Position numbers and translations under genes: made by a program. A stretch of 64,000 nt of DNA. Source: Chrysomallon squamiferum (taxonomy: Eukaryota > Animalia > Mollusca). The notes beneath the pieces are model-generated. The model made no database searches, had not been told where the DNA came from, and worked only from the letters and a program-made list of their open reading frames with translations. The stretch covers positions 806,001 through 870,000 of the forward strand of contig CM022679.1 in NCBI GenBank assembly GCA_012295275.1, given 5' to 3'. Below are positions 1 through 13,812 of this stretch, piece after piece (the stretch's first letter is position 1; every line of letters starts with the position of its first letter).

Positions 1-412
1 AAAATATATTCATTGTTAATACTGTTAATTTATTTCTGAGATATATTATACTGAACTTTATGTATTTTGGAACAGATTCATAAGATTTTCCAGTTAATGC
101 TTGTTTTGATGATTTTATTAATATTTTTTACATTTTATCATTTATTTATAAGAGACATTTGATATCAAGAAGACTTAAGTGGTGAGAAATCAGCATATTA
201 AGATTTACATATTCCAAACTTTGTTAATAATAAAGTACAACAATTATGGGTATTATCTTTTCTATAATTACTAGAATTGTAGATATAAAAATGTCAGTGT
301 TTTCACCCCACACATATACTTTTAGAAAAAACTACAATTATTTTTTGATATTTCTACCAAGTGAATTTTTTTGATGTTTGAGATGTACACATTTAGAAAT
401 GTTTAATTACAG

Positions 413-2046
413 ACAGAAATATTTCACAGACGAGGCAGGGGAAGAGCTCAGGTTTTAAAACACAGGACAGAAAATGTTCAGTCTTCCAACAGACCTGGCA
501 ACTTGGATTCTTCTCCTCCAGTAAGCTTGTATTCTTTGAATCATTTTACAATTTATTTGTGCATATAATTTACATTTCGTTTTTAATTATTTATTTACTT
601 TCTTTTCATGATTTTTTCTTAGAATTTCAGTATATTGGTTTAAACTTAGCCATTGAACAATTCTTTGAATTACTAATGTCTAGAACTTTTTTGTTAAATT
701 TTTAATTTAAAAGAAATTAATATATATTATATTGCACTACACTATATTTATTTGTCATTATTACTTTGCTGTTTTCAATGTTTATCTTTATTCTGGAAAA
801 GCTGTTGAAAGAAATAACATTCTGTAGGAAAATCTGTGTCAGTATTTTATCATAAATTGGAATGTCACTTAACATTTAATAGAATGTTTATTTAGCAGCT
901 TCATGGTTCAGCATCTGAAAACGCCCAGCATTTTGATAATGATCTGTTTGTTCCCTTACAAAGAACCTCTTCCTACCATCCATTTGTCCATCCACGACAA
1001 AAAGACAAAATTCCAAATCTGAGATCTCAAGATGATTTTCCGGATCTTGTTGAGCAAGTCGCTGACAGAGTTTCTGGTCTATCAGTAAGTGAAGAAGGAA
1101 ATGACAGTAAAAGTTCTTCAGAAAGTCAACAGTCTGACGTCACATTTAGAAGTGAAACTAGACAGATAGATAGTGACTACAACTGTACAGCAAATGAAAC
1201 AGATAATGAGAGTAGCGATAACCATTATCAAATAAAAGAATATAAAACTGGACAATCAAGCAGTGAGGTGTTTAAAACTGGACAGTCAGATAGTGGCAGA
1301 TCTAAAAGTGAAGATGCAAATAGTGACACATCAGAAAAAAACACTGATAGTGACATGCATGATCAAATGTGTATCCAAACTGATCAGAGTGGAACCTGCA
1401 AGACGGCCAATGATGAAGAGCCACTCTGTTCCAGCAGCAGGCAAACCAGACCTGCCACAGCTAAAAGAACAAAACACAGAATAAGAAGCAGAAAGAAAGG
1501 GAAAAAGTCTCAGCAGGCCAGCAGTAACTCACCAAACAGTAAAAATACTTCAGAGGAAGTGTTGTTTCCAGGTTTGCCTCACAGAACTGAAGAGTGGACA
1601 TTAAAGGGAGACAATGTGATTCAGATTGAGGGACTTCCTGCTGTTGGTGATTTGAGCAATCTTCGAGGACTGATCTCTTCATTTGGTGACACAGTGGGCG
1701 TGGAGCAGCTGTGTCTAGGTGAACAACGTGCAATGAGAATTAGGTATTTTATTTGTTTAACTTCTGTTATCATTTCTTGTAAAGTTGTGTAAAAGTGACA
1801 CACGCCTGTCTACCAGGATAGAGATGAAGATTGTTTCATGTTGCAGAATAATCCTCCTTAAGGCACCCATTTGACTCTTTTTGACTGCTTTATTAAACAA
1901 CATGGTGTATGTGGTTTATGTCAGCACACATTTTTATTTTTTTTATTTTTTTTCCTTTTTGTTCTTTATCTTCTTAATTTTTAATTTTTCTTGTTATTAC
2001 CATTAACATCATTATAGTACTACTGCTACTGTTATTGTTGTTGTTA

Positions 2047-2118
<72 letters not shown>

Positions 2119-2707
2119 ATTATTATGATTATTAATTATTGAACAGGTATGACAGTGCTGATGCCTGTCAGTGGGCGGTTTCCTGTCTTCATGATTCTGA
2201 CTGTGTCTTCTCAGGTAAGTTTCACCACATTAATCATTTTTATCTGCAGCAATTATCTCCCTTCAAAAGAATAAAAAGCAAGTTATTATGAAGGAATTGT
2301 TTTTGTTCAGGTTTTTTTTTACCAAGTTGAAAAAAGATCAAAATAATTGTTTATTTTATTTGTGTTATAATTATTTTTTAATGAATTATTTGAACCAATA
2401 TGATAGAGCAAAAAAAAAAAAAAAAAAAATATTTAAACAAAGTCTACCAACCATTTTGTTTAAAAATTTCAAATTCCGTCTCATTCACAAGAAGATTTTC
2501 TGAAAAATAAACCTGTAGAACGTGTTCTGTATTTTCAACACACATAATCTGGACAAATTAATTTGGTGTTTACAACTGATGATCATATTTGAATGAGATA
2601 TTTACTGTTATTATTTTTTTGATATAATTGTATTTTTCTTCTTTTTTTAATTTTCAGATGCAAGATGTGTTCTTATTTGTTTTCATGTGCAGCCAAAATT
2701 AATGTAA
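413..2707 (+). CDS. 3' part of an uncharacterised gene: Ser/Asp-rich low-complexity region plus C-terminal RRM-like domain (5' end lies upstream of the window)
   Basis: Four phase-compatible GT-AG exons: 413-520 (TEIFHRRGRGRAQ...SSPP), 896/899-1743 (NAGNAG acceptor tagcag; contains ORF 1268-1792), 2147-2214 (YDSADACQWAVSCLHDSDCVFS), 2658-2707 (ARCVLICFHVQPKLM*). The C-terminus VIQIEGLP..LRGLISSFG..MRIRYDSADACQWAVSCLH follows the RRM beta-alpha-beta-beta-alpha-beta pattern (inference). Confidence 0.7.
2048..2140. repeat. (ATT)n microsatellite directly upstream of the exon acceptor
   Basis: Long tattattatt run seen directly. Confidence 0.9.
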
Positions 2708-3129
2708 TATCAGATGCTAGTTAAGTAAAAAAATTGAATGTAATATCTAGTGTTTATTCTGTACAATTAAACAGAGATTAAACGAAGTAGCTATAGCTTG
2801 AGGTGTTACCTGAATAAATGTCACATTAAATACCATGAATTATTTTAATCATACTCAAATAATTGTTTCTTCAGATATATTAAATGTATTTTACATGAAT
2901 TAATTATGTGTTACATAAATTAATTGTGTGTTACATAAATTAATTATGTCTTACATAAATGCTTACTATCCTACATAAAAGATTTGTACTTTACATAAAA
3001 GAATACCACTGAAACCACTTGGTATAATTTTCTAGTTTACTTAATGTTACAATATTTGTTTATATATGACATTAATCTTCTATATCCCCCAAAAAAATGT
3101 CTTTTAAAAATTTTGAAATAGCAAAATTT

Positions 3130-3170
3130 AATAATAAATAAATAAAATATAAATAAAATATAAATAAAAT
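3130..3170 (+). terminator. Candidate polyadenylation signal cluster for the upstream gene
   Basis: Several AATAAA hexamers ~430 nt after the stop, followed by a GT-rich stretch. The region is A-rich, so the signal is weak. Confidence 0.3.
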
Positions 3171-3711
3171 GCGTGTGTGTATATATGTGTTTACAAGTTC
3201 TTATTTCAATTAGTATTTTAATCTGTTATTTTTGTAATGTTTTAAAGTTGTTTTGATAGTTGACACTTTGAAATCAAATTTTATTTTATCAAATGTTACC
3301 AGAATTGTAAGTGTAGGAGTGTTTATGTTGTTCACCATTTATAGTGTCTCATTACCTTTATATATAAAACTGTCAGATTAGACAAAGCAAGTTGTTGTGT
3401 AATATTCACATGCATATGCTGTGGATGCCAGTGTATATGTATACATGTTATGTTATATATAGAAGGTGAATCTAATTGCAGAAGAAGAAAACTTTATGAC
3501 AATTATATGTGACAGTTATTAACAGTAAAAATGTTCTTATTATGGTTCTTTAATGATTTTATTAGATTTATTAAAATATTATTTAAAAATGTATCTGTCT
3601 GCGGTTATTACTTTTAAAATGTTCTAAATCCATTATCCAATTCCTTCGTTTGTGTGTCCAGGCCTGTGAGAATGTAATGCAGATATTTAGAAATTTTATT
3701 AATTATACACA

Positions 3712-3741
3712 CAGTGGTACCTTGACTTACGAGTTTAATTC
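3712..3741. mobile_element. Possible solo terminal inverted repeat of a pogo/Tigger-like DNA transposon
   Basis: CAGTGGTACCTTGACTTACGAGTTTAATTC resembles Tigger-type TIRs (recalled consensus CAGTGGTACCTCG...TTACG). No partner TIR was found. Confidence 0.3.
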
Positions 3742-3825
3742 AGGAGAAAATGATATTCAATTTTTTTTTTTTTTAAAAACCCCAAAACCCCAGTCTGATC
3801 AATGACTGAAACCAGCTCAAATGGA

Positions 3826-4090
3826 GAAATATTACTACAGATTTAAAACATTGTCAAATATTACTACAGATTTAAAACATTGTCAAATATTACTACAGAT
3901 TTAAAACTCAAATATTACTACAGATTTAAAACACTCAAATATTACTACAGATTTAAAACTCAAATATTACTACAGTTTTAAAACACTCAAATATTACTAC
4001 AGATTTAAAACTCAAATATTACTTCAGTTTTAAAAATTGTCAAATATTCAGATTTAAAACATTGTCAAATATTCAGATTTAAAACATTAC
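3826..4090. repeat. Minisatellite, ~24-29 nt unit (tcaaatattactacagatttaaaaca), about 10 copies
   Basis: Direct tandem repetition. Confidence 0.9.
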
Positions 4091-4896
4091 AACGTAACAT
4101 ACATGACTGGCACCACAATACTGAGTATGATATTATCATCGTTTAGATCAGTAAAATGATAATGCAATGGATTAATCACTAATTTCTTATTCCAACTAGA
4201 TAAACAAAAAAACTTATACATTGAGTGTATAATTTGTTATTTGCTTTTACTTTGTTTCTTTCTTTTTGTTGTTTTGTTTTTGTTTTTATTAATTTTATTT
4301 ATTTAAATATTTATTTATTTATTATTTATTTTATTTATTTATTTTTTTAAATAAACTTTTAGCCTGAATGCTATATAACTGTGAAATGAACAATCTTGAA
4401 ATTCAGTCTTGTGGAATTATGACCGTATGTTTTGGTTTTCTGTTACAATGACTGTATGAACTCTGAAGCAAATGCTGAAAGAGCTGGTGTGTAACTCTAC
4501 ACATCACAAAGGAATGGCTTTTATACTCACTGAAATATAAGCTCATTGCTTCTGTGTATGTGTAACACCCCTTGTTAACTGACCTACTGTGTATCTGATA
4601 CTGAAGAATTGTGAAATAGAAGACAACATGAAAATCCGTCTCTCTCTCTATTTAAAATTTAAAAAATAATGTATAAAGTTAACTATCCTTACCATTTAGC
4701 AGTAAAGATGTTCTAGAATGAACTTAAAGGAGATATCAATCATGAATCAAACATGCAGTATAATTTACACTGAATGTATTTAATCAACTTTCACATACTG
4801 ACAGCATTTTTGGAAAATTTAATTTAATTTGGTGATATTTTAACTTAATATTATCTTAAAAGTGATTATAAGGAGAAATCAAAATATAATAACACA

Positions 4897-5007
<111 letters not shown>

Positions 5008-5879
5008 ATCTTTACTTGAAATTGGTATGGGTAACTAATTATATTTAAAAAAAAAAAAAAAAAAAAATTCCCAGTGCAATCACTGTGCAAGCGTAACAGT
5101 ATGTTTATTTGTACTAAAAAACCTAACAATCACAAAATACAACACAAGCTGAGTCGTGTCAAGGTCTCTTCACAATGACGATGAAAAAAAGAACGGGTCG
5201 GTTCTAAGGGGAGGTAACGCGCTGTTCGTCGCTTTTCAATTTTGAAAATAATGTAAAATCAAAAATTTAATTTGTTCAGTTCTTATTAGACTGATAAAGC
5301 AGACTGATGAGTTGTTTTTACCACCTGTCACGTGTATTGACTGTAAACATTGTTTTAAGAGTACTCACCTCTCCTGCTTTGTTTTAGTGCTCGCCCTTCG
5401 CAAATCTCTGTCATGAAGTCCGTCGTGAAAAAAATAAATTAAAAACTAAATAAATAAATAAATGATTTTAAAAAAGGGTTTATAATATTCATGATTATTA
5501 ATTAAAGCGTTTTATCTCCCAAACAGTTTTAAAATTCATAAACCAGTTTAACAACTGTTATCATCCATTGCTTATCGGAGGAAAGTCATAACAGCAAAAT
5601 CTCATTTTTTTTTCCTTCTAACAAATTAATTAACCATATTTCCATGTTTGAGCAAATAAGAAAAAACTGTCGATTACATATCGATTTTTACAGTATGACA
5701 TGTAGGTGTGTTTAGGTGTGGTCAGTGAATGTATTAATTTATGATAATAAAACTGGACAGTGGTCATTTCTGGGGTTTAGCTTGTGTTGTGCAGCTAAAT
5801 CTAAATTTTACTACGGTAAGTTTATTAACAGTGACGTTGTGGTGGGTGTAAAATGCACTCACGAAGATGTCGTAATGTT

Positions 5880-6175
5880 TTACTGAGCTTATCCTGAACC
5901 ACTCCCCTTTAGAAGACGCTGCCCCTGCCCCCGGTGTTTACAGATAGTAAGACACAAGAACCAGAGCGCGAGCGAGTCTCTCCGGTGTCTTTGTGAATAG
6001 ATGTGAAGTCAACCGTGACCGCTTAAATCGGTGGGCACTGGCTACTCCGCTTCGGCCACAGTCAAGAGTGGGTCATTTCTAATAAGCCTACCTGAAATTT
6101 TCTTTCTTCATTATTATTTTCTCTCTCGGTGTACTGCATGATAAGGATACAAGATCATTCCTCGGCACAGCCAAG
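5880..6175 (+). promoter_or_regulatory. Candidate promoter and non-coding 5' UTR first exon of the ABCA gene
   Basis: Locally GC/CpG-rich segment ending in a perfect donor AAG|GTAAGT (6175/6176). The ATG-bearing exon has its own acceptor (cag at 14991-14993), which implies an upstream UTR exon. Confidence 0.4.
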
Positions 6176-8260
6176 GTAAGTAACTAAACACTTTTCTTAC
6201 TTTTATTTGCAGTTCTTGTTAAAATTAAACAAATGAATGAGTTAGAACTATTATTTTTAGAAATCGGTTGTTTTTCGTAACGTGTAAAACTGGTTTGACT
6301 GAACATTACATTCTAACATTCCCCCCTCTGTACCCTGAAATGGCAGCCAGTTAATCCAAATTTTCAGACTTCAGTCACACTCATGCTTTTATATTATTAC
6401 AAGTATTAGAAGTAAGATTTCGGATTAACAACCGACTATGCTAAGATCCTGCCTACTTGCTTGTTAGCTTGCATTAGCCAATTATATGCGTTATGCGTTA
6501 TCAGTGTATTCACGAATCCAAATTTCGTCGAAGTATTAAGTTAACACATACAGGTGTGTGAGATAATAATTATTAACAATAACAATATTTTTTATTTTTT
6601 ATTTTTTTTAAAACGTGTTTGTTACGTTAAAACCTTGAATTCCCCGAGGCAGTGAAATGTCGCGGGGCCAATCAACAGAAACATTAAATTACCTGACGTA
6701 AGAAAACATGATTGATAAACACCAAACAAAACAATGTAAGTTAGGCTTCGAAGAAGACGTCTGATTTTACTTTTCTCAGTTTAACGAGTGAAAGAAAACT
6801 TACAAGTTTCAGTTTGTAACGTAGACCACTGTGATATAAATACTGATAAGTTATCTAGTGTGGTGGTGATTTTTTTTATTTTTTATATATATTTTATGAA
6901 CATCACTGTTAAATTTTCCTTTTCAGTACTGCTGTATATGATACTAAATAACAGCCAGACAAAGAATAATAATAACAAAAGTTTAGTAGTCAAAATATAA
7001 ACGTTTGGCTTACAGTTTCGACTTTGTATCATACTAAAACAATGAAGCTTCCTGTATTTTAATCTTATATGACAATAATGTATTTACCTACATTTTTTGC
7101 ATCATTATCACGACATAATAGATAATTTTATGTTTATATTTTTGAGATTAACACGGTTTGCTAAATTTACCAGATTATCTAGTTGATCAAATAAATTCTA
7201 TTTTCTGATCCCTCATCCATCCACACGCGGTTATTTTTTTTTAATAACGAAAATAATTTTATAATTATTAAATATTTTTATAAAGAAAGTCTGGTAGCTG
7301 CTCTGGCTCGGTGAAATTCCCCGTTTTTCTCCTTCATTAATCCACCAAATTCGCGATACTTATTTAATACGTAAAATCATATTAGATATATGTAGACATT
7401 GCTTTACCACCCCTTCATTCCTTCCTCTCCTCCTATCTTTCACTCTTCTTTTTTTCTCACTGTCTCTCTGTGTGTAAAGGCAAGAAGAATATAGAAATAA
7501 AAACAAAAAATGAATTAAAAGAAATTTTACAGATAATAAAGGACAGAGTCGAACTCACTAAAATGTTAAGTATTTGTTTCAATAAAAACAAAACAAGAAA
7601 ACTCCCCTCATTTAATTGATACCTCACCCCGTTCTGCTTTGCTCCACCCTTAGTCTTTTTCAAACAATTACTGCAAAAAAAGAAAACAAGTAAACCTCTT
7701 ATTAAAGGTAATCTAATAATTCGGTCGACTCAATAGCAATGTCGTCTGATCTGACCCTGGAATATACTGGTTAAGAAAAGTTATGACGTTCAATTGGCAT
7801 TACTTAACGTTGTGCTTCTAGCCAAAGAAAAATGGTAGTAGCTGAATATTAGAACGCATGGTTAAACATGATAATCAAGCTGTAATCCATTATATATATA
7901 GGTCTGTGAAGAATTTTTTTTTTTTTTTTATATAAATTAAGACGTGTTTTTTTTCTTGTGTATAAAGTATGTGATTATTTATAACAAGCTAAGCGGGTAT
8001 TTTAAGTGAAAACGTCTGTCTGTTGACGCTGGCAGTTAAACGTTATCAAGTAGGTAAACGAAGGTGTAACGTAGAACATCAAGTCAAGATAAGACTAACC
8101 GAGTCCACTACTTTTAACTCTTCATATTCCAACAACGACTGCTTCAGCGACGTCTTCACAGAACACACTTAAAAAAAACCCACATTCATTTTGCTCAGTA
8201 GACATCACGTTTAGGAACCATTGAAACCAATTCACTTGTAGACAACACTAATGTGAGGTA

Positions 8261-8847
8261 AGCGGCATCAGTTAGCTTCAAGGCCATGTTTTACGTCAGT
8301 AAGCCGCACAGAGCGGCATCAGTTAGCTTCAAGGCTATGTTTTACGTCAGTGTGTCGCACAGAGCGGCATCAGTTAGCTTCAAGGCTATGTTTTACGTCA
8401 GTAAGCCGCACAGAGCGGCATCAGTTAGCTTCAAGGCTATGTTTTACGTCAGTGTGTCGCACAGAGCGGCATCAGTTAGCTTCAAGGCTATGTTTTACGT
8501 CAGTATGCCGCACAGAGCGGCATCAGTTAGCTTCAAGGCTATGTTTTACGTCAGTATGCCGCAGAGCGGCATCAGTTAGCTTCAAGGCTATGTTTTACGT
8601 CAGTAAGCCGCAGAGCGGCATCAGTTAGCTTCAAGGCTATGTTTTACGTCAGTATGCCGCACAGAGCGGCGTCAGTTAGCTTCAAGGCTATGTTTTACGT
8701 CAGTAAACCGCACAGAGCGGCGTCAGTTAGCTTCAAAGCTATGTTTTACGTCAGTATGCCGCACAGAGCGGCGTCAGTTAGCTTCAAGGCTATGTTTTAC
8801 GCCAGTGTGCCGCACAGAGCGGCGTCAGTTAGCTTTAAAGCTATGTT
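8261..8847. repeat. GC-rich 51-nt minisatellite, about 11.5 copies (two 49-nt variants)
   Basis: Unit agcggcatcagttagcttcaaggctatgttttacgtcagtaagccgcacag starts at 8261, 8312, 8363, 8414, 8465, 8516, 8565, 8614, 8665, 8716, 8767 and 8818. Confidence 0.95.
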
Positions 8848-9963
8848 GGAGCAACCTTTTTATACTGGTTATAGATGTGCAATCAGTTACGTAAATTCAA
8901 CCCATGTATATATTTCAGTACACTTAAATAGGAATACATTCTCGCTGTTCACTGTTGTGTAGCAAGTGGTAGTCAGTCTATTTTTACACTGCTATCTGAG
9001 CTTTGACGGGCAGCGGGGTCAGTCCCGTTCTAGTCTGAATGTACCAAGACAATTGCGTCTGTTTTCTTAAAGACACATCCTGCCATGCATAAACACTGCT
9101 TCTTGTGGCTTCTTGTATTCATTATTAAGTGTTAGACAACTGTCTTTATTAAAATATGCCGAAGTGTATTTTATTATATATAACAGCCAACATTTTTTTG
9201 GTTATTTGTCATAATAAAGTATATGTTACCAGTAACTGATCAGATATTAGTTACCGACACTTTGCTTGTTGTCTGTAACGTGTGCTGTCTGTATCCATCA
9301 CTAACTTGTAACCACGTGCGCGTTCTGTCTTTGTAACCGCTGTTAATTTAATACTGTTGCGTTTGTGTTCTGTTTGATGTTTCTCTGTCAAAATTAACTT
9401 TAAATATATATATTCATTCTTAAGTTTATTTTATTTCATTGTTTTGGCTTCTTTTTTTTTTACTCATTTATTTACTTAACTAACTTTGTTATTTATTATG
9501 ATTATTCATATACAATCTTATATATATATATATAAATCATTCACAATGAAAATTCGATTGCATAAGAAAAACATTAAAAGGTTAATTTGCTTCTCTCTGT
9601 GTCGTAATCATAAACATTACCTGTAGTAGTATTCAGCTGAAAAGATACGTTGTAAACGGAGATTGCGTCAAACGATCTATGAATTCGTTTGATGCATGCG
9701 AAAGTTACTTGCCTCTATCAGTGTCAGACAATGAAATAAGCAGGCCTAAAATTGTCTTACTGGCCTCAGTGGGAGTGACTCTTACACCTGTCAAACATCA
9801 GTGTTAAGTTTCAAATTCTGTGCTGTCAGTGTCTTGCGCTTCTTTTTAAAAAGTGTCGTCTAGCAAATGAAAAAAACAACAAAAAAACAACAACAGTTAG
9901 TGTTATGTTTTTCTCATTTACATATTTCGTTTATTTTCAATATTCTATTTTTTATTTGTTGTT

Positions 9964-9965
<2 letters not shown>

Positions 9966-10016
<51 letters not shown>
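9966..10016. repeat. (GT)n microsatellite
   Basis: Seen directly. Confidence 0.95.
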
Positions 10017-10019
<3 letters not shown>

Positions 10020-10879
10020 AGTTGTACATGCACTTTCAGTATTTAGTTTGTGCAAAAAGCACACATTTTCAGATATTTAGAGTGTGTCTGTCTGTTTCTC
10101 ATACAAAAAAGAGTGGTGATGTTTATTTTATTACCCTAACTTCAATTGGCTGTTTGTATTTTTGTTTTAACTGAACACAGTACAGTGAACAGAACGCTTC
10201 AGGAATGGGCATCTACCACTGTGACATCCATACTATAAATGTGTAGGGCTATGTATTATATATGCGTCAATAACTCCATTTTACGGTCAAAGCGTAATTT
10301 ATTTTCAACATTGCGAAATCCGATTTTTTTGTCACAAAGTTATAACCAGAATCTGTCTTTCCTCAAAAGCTACTTTGTTTGTTTTGTATTTTTTAAATTT
10401 ATTTTACAAGTTTTCACATCAGACAAATGGGAAAAAACATACATAAATTCTACAACTTACACAAACTCTACAGCTTAGAACAGTGCTGATTATACGATTC
10501 ACGAGGAAGAACAATTTAAATCAGATAAATTAAATTTTTAACGTTTCATTCTGTTTGTCTTCCTACCAGTTGTAAGGCGGGTGTTCGTGTCTTGTTAATG
10601 CGATCTATCTTAGATTTCCTTGCAGCGTGGCCATTCTTTCTTCATTAACTAGAATTAAAAACAATGCAAGAAAATTGCAGGTAACAAAAATATGGTCTTC
10701 TATCTAAATTTAATTATTTAAAAAAAAGAAAAAAAAAAAAAAAGAAGTAAAAACAAAACAAAAAACGTTTCCCCTCCAAAGAAGAAGAAAGATGAAACAA
10801 AGAAAAAAAAAAAAATCATCCCAAAACAAGGACACTGATAATGAAAAGACGTAAAACGATATAAACATTCTGAAGACGA

Positions 10880-11143
10880 CATTGGAACGGTCACGTGGTT
10901 TCCTCGTACAAAAGGACAAGTTTGGTTGTTGCACGCACGAATTAAACAGCGACCTCGCTTGTTCAGTTTTGCTACACGTATTCGTCAAATACCAGCTTTC
11001 AACGTGCACCGCCTCGACAGCAAACACGTTAATCTACCCGACTTCGTTGACGTGGACGATTCTCTAGTCCACATCACGCACTCGTTTTGTCCAAACAACA
11101 CCGGAGACAACGTGACGTAGTAACACAACTTGTGTAGTTAACG
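10880..11143 (+). promoter_or_regulatory. CpG-rich island with a cluster of CACGTG/RCGTG motifs, ending at a donor-like ACG|GTAAGA
   Basis: Eight RCGTG/CACGY cores between 10892 and 11114. Confidence 0.35.
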
Positions 11144-11669
11144 GTAAGACAACATCACATTACATTTAGTTCTACACTGGCATCATCGTCATCATCGTCG
11201 TCGTTATTACTGTCGTCAGTTTTAAACCTCACCATGATCATCTTTTCATTACCATTATCATATTTTTCTTCTTTTTAATTTTTAAAAAAATTATTTCTCG
11301 TCTTTATCATCATCATCATAGTCATCATTTTCTTTTCCTTTTTCATCTGTTTCAGCATTAATAATTATGAGCAAGTACAGTTTTCATTCAGCAACTCAAA
11401 CAATTTATTTTATATAACTTAATTTTAAATTTAATTTGAAATTCTCTAGTTGACATTTTTTCGTGAATAAAGCCGCTATTCGGTTTTTGTTGTTGCACTA
11501 ATTTTCGTGTGCTATTACACAAAAAAAACTAAAACACTCAGCAAACAATGTGTTCAGTGTTTTATCAATGGCTCCTTGTGAAACTCTTCTAGCTAAAACA
11601 ATACCAGATAAGTGACCCTTGTAAAATATTATCATCTAAACTGTATTATGCAAATTCGTCATCTCTCTC

Positions 11670-11712
<43 letters not shown>

Positions 11713-12057
11713 GTATCTCTCTCTGTCTCTCTGTCTCTCTCTGCTATCGCGCAATATGGTGTATGTGGCGGTTCTTTGACAATCACGAATCACTTTGACA
11801 AGTGTGTTGACTATGGGAGGTTCATCGTGTACTCGTCAAGGTTCTGTAGGGTAGACTGTTTCTAGTTACGTGTACTGAGGTCAGCCAAAGAACTGTGAAA
11901 AAAGAAAAGATCAGGAAATTTAAGACTGATGACATTGCGAAATGTCACTTGCACTGTTTGATTTACTGGTAGTACAGACAGCATGTCGTTTATGTTAATA
12001 CGTACTGCGATAATTAAAAACAGTAACACGAATGTATGTATATAATTATGTACTTGT

Positions 12058-12535
12058 ATACATACATACATACACACACACATACACACATACACACATA
12101 CACACATACACACACATCCATCCATCCATCCATCCATCCATCCATCCATCCATCCATCCATACATACATACATACACCCATACATGCATACATCCATCCA
12201 TCCATCCATCCATCCATCCATCCATCCATCCATCCATCCATCCATCCATCCATCCATCCATACATACATACATACATACATACACCCATACATGCATACA
12301 TGCATACATCCATCCATCCATCCATCCATCCATCCATCCATCCATCCATCCATCCATCCATCCATCCATCCATCCATACATACATACATACATACATACA
12401 TACATACATACATGCATGCATGCATGTTATATACATACATACACGCATGCATGCATACATACATACATACATACATACACATACATACACATACATACAC
12501 ATACATACATATACATACATACATACATACATATA
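12058..12535. repeat. Compound (CATA)n/(CATC)n/(CA)n microsatellite
   Basis: Seen directly. It explains the HPSI/MDGW/VCMY ORFs in the track. Confidence 0.95.
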
Positions 12536-13267
12536 AGAAATGTGCTTACTACACATGTACATACATCAGTGCATGATGTTAGCCGAGTATATAGCTATAT
12601 ATGCGCCCAATATACACAAACACACGCACGCTCATTCTCAGACACACATGCACACTCATACGCACAATATTCAACGCATACGTAATACACTGACCTGAAG
12701 ACAGCGGGTGAAGTTTCTCTAAGGCACATTTCACCTATCACATGCAACTCATCAACATATGACTCAGCAAGATATTCAAAATTTTACCATCACACAAAAA
12801 AAGGAGACTTAACTTTCACCAGTTTATTGCCTTCGGTTCTTCCTGTGTGTAGTAAACTAAATAGCGCTGAACTAAGCAGCGGCTAAATCTGGTTTCAGCC
12901 TAACAAAACAAAGAGCTAAAACAATAGGATCTGTATTTTATTACTTTATTAACTATTTTAAATATAATTTAATTTAATTTAATTTAATTTAATCTAATTT
13001 ATTCTAATTTATTTTATTTCACTTTACTTTATTTATTTCATTATTTTGTTTATTTCTTTCTTTATTTTGTTTCTTTCTTTATTTATTTACTTAATATTTT
13101 CTTGTTTCTTTCTTTTATAAGTTTATAATTTTGTTTAATTCCTTTTTTTTAAATGACATGTTATTTATCTGCTTACTAATATACTTTTACAATTTAAATT
13201 TTATTATATTATAATAATTAATATCGTACTTAAGCATGTGGATGCTGGCTCGTATGTTTTTATTTTC

Positions 13268-13271
<4 letters not shown>

Positions 13272-13358
<87 letters not shown>
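13272..13358. repeat. (CT)n-(AT)n microsatellite
   Basis: Seen directly. Confidence 0.9.
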
Positions 13359-13361
<3 letters not shown>

Positions 13362-13619
13362 TAAAATTTATTATAAACGGTCGCACGAAAACGTTTTATG
13401 TTATCACTGACGAAAATTCTATTACCTCTTCTCTGAAGATATTTTAGAAAGTTAATATTGTTAAAATTTATTTTCACATTAAAATCTCCAGGTTTGTTTA
13501 CAGTCTTATATTTGTTAGGTTTTTGGATCGAATCTCCCTGTCGGCTCATTTACGACTATTTCGAAACGAGGTAAGGAGGTCGGAAGAGGGACAGAAAGTG
13601 CTTAGAGACAGAGTAAAAG

Positions 13620-13812
13620 TTAGAACTATGTGTATGGGAGAAATCTGAGAAATATGTGTGTATGAGAGAAATTTTAGAAATATGTGTGTATGAGAGAAAT
13701 TTGAGAAATATGTGTGTATGAGAGAAATTTTAGAAATATGTGTATGACAGACATTTTAGAAATATGTGTGTATAAGAGAAATTTTAGAAATATGTTTATG
13801 AGAGAAATTTTT
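13620..13812. repeat. ~27-nt minisatellite (agaaatatgtgtgtatgagagaaattt)
   Basis: About 7 degenerate tandem copies. Confidence 0.85.

Noticed and set aside
8261-8847. CRISPR-like array or repetitive protein ORFs (FYVSKPHRAASVSFKAM)n
   Set aside because: Units are head-to-tail with no unique spacers, there are no cas genes, and the context is eukaryotic. The ORFs arise because 51 is a multiple of 3, and 49-nt units break the frame.
11862-12685. Long ORFs on both strands (HPSI/MDGW repeats)
   Set aside because: Translations of tetranucleotide microsatellites.
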